Below, piece by piece: positions 51,901-64,000 of a DNA stretch of 64,000 bases. The translations under genes and the position numbers were made by a program. Within the stretch, counting starts at the first letter, position 1, and the number at the start of each line of letters is the position of its first letter. This stretch comes from Yuukianura sp. NJ FZ-2021 (Eukaryota), in assembly GCA_046563655.1 (NCBI GenBank), contig CM102290.1, forward strand, positions 10,540,001-10,604,000, in the 5' to 3' direction. A model generated the notes under the pieces. It made no database searches. It was given only the letters and a program-made list of their open reading frames with translations, and was not told where the DNA came from.

Positions 51901-53918
51901 CTATTGTTGGAGGTGGTATTGTTGAAAAGTTTCAGTTGAAATTGATTAAGTGTATTTACGAAGGCTTTTAGCGAGCGTGGGAGTGTTCATTTGGTGTTTA
52001 GAAAGCTGCTCGTGTTTTGGTTGAATGTTCGTGGGGCCCTTAAGGGCCTTTGTGTTGTGCCTTTAATTATGAGTTTCATTGTGGTTTGGAAAGTACTTAA
52101 GTGGAGGTGCTCTGTCATTAGGTTCAGGAGATTTGAGCTGAAATTAGGTGAGGGAATTGAGGGCCCTTGCCACTTTCCTTTTCATTCCATTTTCATGTGC
52201 TTCATTCAGTTGTAGCGTAGTAGTACAGGTTAGGTTAGGTTTGTATGAGCCCTTAAGCTCCCCTTTTCGTCTGACGAAAATCTAGTTACTCGTGCGGAAG
52301 GGCCCTCCGTCCAAGTCACTTTCCACTTTCACAGGCTTGGGAAGGGAAAGGGATGCAAATCAGTAAAAGCAAAATCCACATTAAAAATTTTCCTGCTTTT
52401 CTAGGCGTTTTGCTTAATTTTTTACAAAATCCTGAACTTAATTCTTTTAAAAAATCAGTGAAATTTTGGACGAACAACATTTCAAGTTCATTTCAAGGCA
52501 AATTCATACGTATAAATCCGAACGCTTATTTGGTTATGTAACTTGATTGATGCTTTTGGGTTATGTTAGTTAGTTTGGGAAGGTTGAAGAGCATCATTTG
52601 GTCAAATTTTGTCCAAATGTCAAATAGCAAAGGCTATGTTAGGTTAAGGGAAATGCAAATGTCAACTTTTTGACAAAGGTAGCTATTGTGTCTCTCTAAC
52701 AATAAATTATGACTAATGAGGTTGCTAAAGTGGGGCAGAAAGCGGTGGGGATGGGGAGAGACTTTAAGGCTCAGGGTGGGGCCCTTCATTGAATAATCCG
52801 AAATGCTTCACTGAACTCTAATGGAACCCAAATTCTGAATTCAGGAACATATCAGGAGCCTGCGTTCCCCCTCTAGAAAAAAAACTAAACATCAATCGCA
52901 GCTAGCCGGACAAGAGTCCTGCATCTGCGATCCGGACAAAGTTTTGGTTTGATAAGGTCTAAAGCTAACAAGAATCAAAAGTGATTCACCTAAATTTGTA
53001 GGTCAAAATGTCAAGTTGTGACCATGGTTGTTAAAAAGCATCATTAAGTTTAGATACCTGATTGCTGTTTCCAAAAAAAAGTTTGTTGCCAAAAACTTTC
53101 CGGCAAACAGCTTTGCCGCTAAAATCTTTGTCGCCAACATACCAGCGTCGCCTAATACTTACCTAAGTCAGTTTCAGTTTTTTACTGTTTTTTTAGTACT
53201 TTGAAGCATTTAACTCAACCTGATTTTTTTTTAATATTGACGCCCCGAAAACCAGGAAGAAGATGAATGATGATGATTTTTGAAATTGAAATTTGTGAAA
53301 GTTGAGTTTGTAGAGTGAATTTGTAGGATTGTGTTCCTAATGAAGATGACTTTGGATGGGGTTCCCCCTGTTCTCATTGTTTCCTTTCAAAAAACCGACA
53401 AGTTTTTTTCGGGGCCGGCGCAGTAGCGACAGTAGGTTCTTCCATTGGAAGAACCAAAGTCTCTGGGTTGGGACTCACAGTACCAGAGGGAGGGCCTTAA
53501 AGCATATACACACTTTCACGCTGGAAGACGGTGAAATCATTTGCCATGTCCTCGCTCGTCCATTCAGTTGAAACCGTTCTCAGTACCTCTCAACTACCGG
53601 TTTCTTACGCTGGAATTCAAATTTTCCGCGCTTTTCGAAATTTTGAATAACTTATGTCTTGAACTAGAAAGTTCAAATCAAACTGAAACGATTGAATCAA
53701 ACTAAAGCTAGAGAATAGAAAAGTGTGGAAAGTTATTTTGATTGGGGCATTGTGAGACAAAGTTGAGATTCAAAATGTTAACTTTTGATTGGTCTATGTT
53801 TACCGAATAGTTTTAGTGACACGTCAATTGAATTTTGGTGAAGAGTTTGAAAATTGTGGTTCAAGAATTTAAACTTTAAATTTTCCCGCCACTCAAGCGT
53901 GACCTATCCATTTCTCTT

Positions 53919-54048
53919 ATGGTGTTTCTAGATCGAAGTAGCATCATTCTGTCCACGTCGCAACTTTCGCCCGTAGCCTCTGCATGGCCGGGCGCAACGT
54001 CCCATCATCACCCTTCCTCCAATTCATCAGAGTCAACGCCACACAAAG
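53919..54048 (+). CDS. Probable upstream coding exon of Pax6/eyeless
   Basis: Reads MVFLDRSSIILSTSQLSPVASAWPGATSHHHPSSNSSESTPHK+G, then donor GTCAGT in phase 1, matching the phase-1 acceptor at 58259 (..PHKGHSGVNQ). It resembles the arthropod eyeless N-terminal exon, which ends in (M)xHK. An acceptor at 53931/53932 could instead make it an internal exon. Confidence 0.65.
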
Positions 54049-55138
54049 GTCAGTTCAAAATTCTTTTCTCTGAAGTTAAACGTCAACATTTAAAAAATTA
54101 TTTTAGAATCAATTTTCGAACATTTACAACGTAAAAATCTGTGTAACTTTCAAATTTCCGTGCTGTTGTATTTCTGTCGTCTTGTGATTGCTCAAACTAG
54201 ATTGCTTGAACAACGTCTTTCCGCTTTTAATTTTTTTGAATTTCTGAAAAATCTACAAAATTAAAAATTTTCTTTAAATTATTTTTGAAAGCAAACCCGT
54301 CTCAAAAGTTTAACGTTTTTGTTTCTCGGCTGCTTTAAAAAAGTTTTTTAGAAACCAGTATCCGATCGTCGTATGTTTTTCACTTACTCGAATTGCTTTG
54401 CTAAAAAACCGATGCAGAATTTCTAGAAGCTGACGAGGGTTGAGGTTCTGGAAAATTTCAAAATCTAAGAATCACAGATTCGAAAAACTGAAAATCTGGG
54501 AACAGCGTTCGGAAAGTGTTTTTTTGTCTATTTGCGTTTTCCATTTGAGGAAGGAAAATGGACATGTTGATGATTTTGGTTGACATGATGATGACATGGA
54601 GGATTTACATCAAATTTCCATAATGGGACATCCATCGCTACGCTGCTCTGGTGGTGTAGTACAGTAGTCAGTTGTAGTCGTGAAGGGAGTAACTCTAACC
54701 ATAGAAAAGATGACGGAAAGTCTCTCAAGGTGTTCAGTCGAGCGGAAAAATTCAAAAACTCTGTTTGCTTCCTTCATCCCAGAACTTTCCAAAATCTGAA
54801 ATGCTCCTCTCCAGTAGTTCTCCAGCAGCACTTTCTTCCAGAATCCAAATGGAGAAAGCTAACAACACACCGTTGTCGTTCCCGCTGCTGGAGAATGACA
54901 CTTTCAAAGATAATGGAGTTTTGTAACTCGCTGGGTGTTGGAACAGTATAAAACCTTTATACTGTTCCAGCAGCATCAGCGTCCCTTCAGTCTGTGGTTT
55001 ACCCAATGAATCGCTCAAGTGAGTTTTTTTTGGCGCTGAAAAAAGGCGCTTCAAATTTAAATATTCGCTACTCGTATCCTCTACGGCTGCCTTTGTCTCT
55101 GTGCCCATCTTTTTCCCATTCCGTATTCATTCTTAATG

Positions 55139-55200
55139 TTTCCGGTGGATGATCCGGTGTGCCGCGCGTGAAGGGTGCTGGCGGTTCGAATCCCGGAATC
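55139..55200 (+). other. Degenerate tRNA-like element (Pol III A/B boxes); pseudo-tRNA or SINE-head remnant
   Basis: Perfect B box GGTTCGAATCC (55183-55193), A-box-like TGGATGATCCGG (55146-55157) and complementary ends TTCCGG/CCGGAA. The T-stem and anticodon arm do not pair properly. Confidence 0.35.
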
Positions 55201-58146
55201 GGCGCTTCATCTTCTCCATTCTTAGTTCCCGGAGAGATTCATTATTATGATCACATTACACGCGGAAGATCACTTTACATCCGTTTTGTCATTCTGCGTC
55301 TGACGACCAATTTCCGATTTTTTTGTCGCTTTTTTTCTGTTTTGAACAGTGAATCAAAGTCTCAGCGTGACTGAAACACTGATCGTCGTTGGTCATAATC
55401 GCTGGAACTGAAAAAAAGGTTAAGGAAGGATGAGCACAGAGGGACAAGAGGCGGCAATTCCGGATTTCCGGACAAAACAAAACCGATTTCTGAGTGAATA
55501 GGGAACTTTTCCTCAGCGAGCGGTTTTTTTTCGAAATTGACTGTTTGGAACAAGGCGCTGACTCATCGAGAAAAGATCTGAAACGGTTTTCAAACTCCAA
55601 CGTGCGTCTACTTGATCCGCTATCCTAAATTTCTTTTTCGAACATGATACGATTTCCGGTTGAACCTCAATTGTTTTCCGAGTCACGGACTCGCGGTCAC
55701 GGTTCAACTTTAAATGGAATCGGTGAAAGCAGAACGGTTTGCAAGGTGAACTTTCACTTTCAAGGCAATCTTTTCAAAATTTTGGTTTTGGAATTTCAGT
55801 ACATAAAATTGTGTTAGGAAGTAAATTTACGTTCTCCAACGTTGAGTTTTTTAAGGGCTAGGAGTTTTTAGAAAAATAACTTCCAGTGTTTTCACAGTTT
55901 TAAATTTTCAGGTTTTCAAAAATACGAAACACTCTTCGGAATGTTTTGAACTTTTTATTTTATTTATGTTAAAAATAACCAAAATTTTCAGCAAAAAGCG
56001 CTAAAATAGGGCTGGGTGAAGTTGTCGCTTTAAAAAATGAAGTTAGAAGTTAAAAAGAAGATTTTTAAAGTTTTTTTCTAAAGTTTTTTTTAGAAGAGAG
56101 CGGTTGTTTAAACAGTGTTGAGCGGCCATTATTTGTCAAAATTTAAAATTCAAATCTAAGTTTTTGTTTGCTTTTGAGCTTTCGTCGCTTGCTGCTTGCC
56201 CAATGGAAGTGATGCTTCGCACAATGGCTGACTCCTGAATAAAACTTTTTTTTTGAAAAAGTCTTTTCAAGCAAAATTCGAAATGATGAGAAGACACTTT
56301 TAGGACAGGAGCTGTCAGAATCAAAACAGATTCAGGGAGCAGGAGAAAAGGGGCCCTTCGAGGGACACCATTTTTAGTATTTTGATAAACAAAAGTCTAA
56401 AAGTTGAGGGGCATGGGGCCCTTGATAATTCTAGATTCTGGCCTCTTCTTTTTAGGCGTTTAAATTTAAAGTTTTACGGATGAGGTCATTTCAAAATGTA
56501 ATCATGGCAAATGCCAAATCGCGGATTACTAAATTTTTTGTCCGAGACCTAAATTTCTGTATTGTTTATAATTACTTTTGTTGTCTCCAACTATCTGCAT
56601 TTTTTTCACAAATTTATAATTGGTAAACATTTGGAATTTTGTTTGACTCGGATTTGTCGCAATTTGAAACGGTCGATCTCAAATTCTTTCAAAAACTCTT
56701 GCAATTATGCTAAATTTGACGCAAGCTTGTTTCTTTTCTTTTGTTTTTTTTTCAAAGTTTCAAAATTTGGAACCTATAGTTGGAATTTTAAAGCCCTTGT
56801 CATTATATGATTGGGGAAAGTTTTACAACTAAAATGCATGCATGAGAAAACTCTGCAACTTAAAATGCTTGAAGTGAGCCCCGAAATATTCATTTGAAAC
56901 TTTAAGGGATCACTTTCAATCCACTTATGCTAGTGCGCCCTTGAAGTTGTTAAGTGTTTGTCTACTTGAAGAACTTGACCTTGGGTGACACGGCGACACT
57001 TTATCAAAGTGCTGAAGGTGCAAGAGGTCAAAGAATAGCGAAAGTGTTTTGTACATTGTCATCGGACAAAGGGTACACACTCCACATGAGTATGAATTCT
57101 AAGGGGTCCTATTTTGAGACTTCAAAAAATCTTTTCAAGATCAAAAATTTCAAAACGAATCTTACACATTTCTTAAGTCCTCTCTACTCTCCATTCACTA
57201 AAAGTGACTTGACTCTGGATAAAGGGGGGACCCTTGTAACTTCAATTGTTAACATCTTCACCCAACTTACTTGGGCCTTAAGTGTTAGTAGTATAATGAT
57301 TTCATTGACAACGGAAAGAATAGACACATTTTTCATTCAAAAGTCACTGTAGAACGACTAACAATTAGAATTAGAACCTTCATAGTCGACCGTGTTCCCT
57401 TGTTAAGTGGTATGACATGAAGGGAAGGGGGCCTTCAACAACTTTAGAGGAAAAGGGGGCCCTTCAACAACTCTATCCAGGACAAAAGCCATCCGAAAAA
57501 GTGACACTCTTTCTTGCCATTATGCTTCATTCTTTGAAAAAAAATGTCGCGTTTAAAAGTCCCCGCTTTTTCTGTTCCTTTTCCTCAGAAAATGTTCACA
57601 ATTTTTCCATTATCTTCTCGGTAACACCCGAATTCGGGACTTTTTGCTTTTGTTCGAATCGGGACACTTTTCAAGGCGTTTTTATTTGAACATGTTACTC
57701 TACTACGATGTTGTTCTTGCATGGTCTGTCGTCAATTGTTATCAGAGGTGTTGAGCGCGGTATTCCAAAGAAAACTGGGGGAAATGTTAACAAATTTCGT
57801 AATTTTCATCCCTCCCTCCCCAAAAAAATGTTGTTATTTTTGATCCCCTTGGGAGATACCTCTCATTTTTTCATGTTTCTTTTCCTAAAATCTATTTAAA
57901 AATGATTGTAGACGATAATTTTTAGCTAGTTATGTTTTAAACTTTTTCTTTTAGTATCTTTTTTAACGTTTATCGTTTTGCAACATTTCCGGAACGTTAT
58001 TTTTTTAAATGTCAGATGTCAAATTTTTGAACTCTGTTTCTCAAATTGCCCCTTTCTATGCATAACAAGGATGTTGGACATTTTAAAAAGAATCCTAAGC
58101 CCGATGTTCTTGAACGTTTAATTCTACGTTCCCAGTTAAAGCGTAA

Positions 58147-63216
<5,070 letters not shown>

Positions 63217-64000
63217 GTAAGCGCCAAATTTCGAACTTTTCAAATAACTTTGAATCAAAAGTTGGTTCACGAAGTTACTTTAATCTGCGCTCTCTCCAGA
63301 TTTTTTTTGAAATGCGGAAGCTTTGAATTCCATGAGCTGGAATTTTTCGAAATTGAAAAGTGTTCTCGCTTTCGGAACGGTCCAAAGGTGTAAATGTTCA
63401 AATAATTGGGCGGGAGTGTTAAACTTGTTTTGGTTGCACGGCATGCCTCCATTTCAATTTGAACTTGACATGCATAAGATATGGGAGCAGTGGCGGGGGA
63501 AATGTGTCCGCGCGCCAAGATTCAATTTCTATTTGCACCTTGAACGGAGCAGTGGGACCGTGGCGTTGTGGTAAAGAGGCTACTTTCCAGTCAGCTCACG
63601 TCCCACCTCGATTCCCGCCAAGATTCCATTTTGAATCCCGGATTTTCGTATTGATTTGCCCTTCCACTTGTGTCCAAAAAGTGTTAAAGGTCTGAAGACC
63701 GTGTTCCGGATCCGGTTTGACCGTGGACCGTGGAACATGTAAATCCGTTTCAATTATCTTCCCATCTAAAAGTAATAACTCTGGTCCAACACCAGCCCCA
63801 CAGCGGCAACTTTCAAAATTTTAATAACTTTCACCCTTGCACTTTCCCGCTCTCCGGTTTCCAAAAAAAAAGTGTTGACGGTCCAAATGAAATGGTTGTT
63901 TAGATGAAGCGCGCTGATAAGTCTTAGAAGGGGACACTGTACTAAGTCCTTATGCTAGGGGGCCTTAATGTAAAAGTTATCATCAGGTCGTCAGGACCAG

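Overview
This is AT-rich eukaryotic DNA with GT-AG introns, most likely from an arthropod. Evidence for that is the scattered TTAGG motifs and insect-type orthologues; a springtail-like hexapod is an inference only. I reconstructed six spliced genes by hand from splice sites and frame continuity. (1) The 5' part of a carbonic anhydrase-related protein gene (CA10/CA11/CARP type, minus strand) runs off the left edge and is largely invisible in the ORF track. (2) A complete 13-exon AFF4/lilliputian gene (minus, 1378 aa) has a 31-codon uORF ending 2 nt before its ATG. (3) A complete 9-exon GLYR1/NP60 gene (plus, 528 aa) is divergent from AFF4. (4) A 4-exon LRR-Ig transmembrane gene (IGLR-2/CG16974-like, minus, 878 aa) is nested antisense in GLYR1 intron 5, and its cytoplasmic tail is built from 11-residue repeats. 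(5) A 2-exon F-box-like/LRR-like gene with a myristoylation motif lies on the minus strand. (6) The 5' half of an eyeless-type Pax6 (plus) carries an unusual Ser at paired-domain position 14. Non-coding features include a hAT-type MITE with TIRs and an 8-bp TSD, a 318-bp tandem repeat made of inverted subunits, two apparently structured introns, a degenerate tRNA-like A/B-box element and clustered short motifs. I found no CRISPR array, rRNA or prokaryotic system, and I cannot demonstrate a wholly new system from sequence alone.
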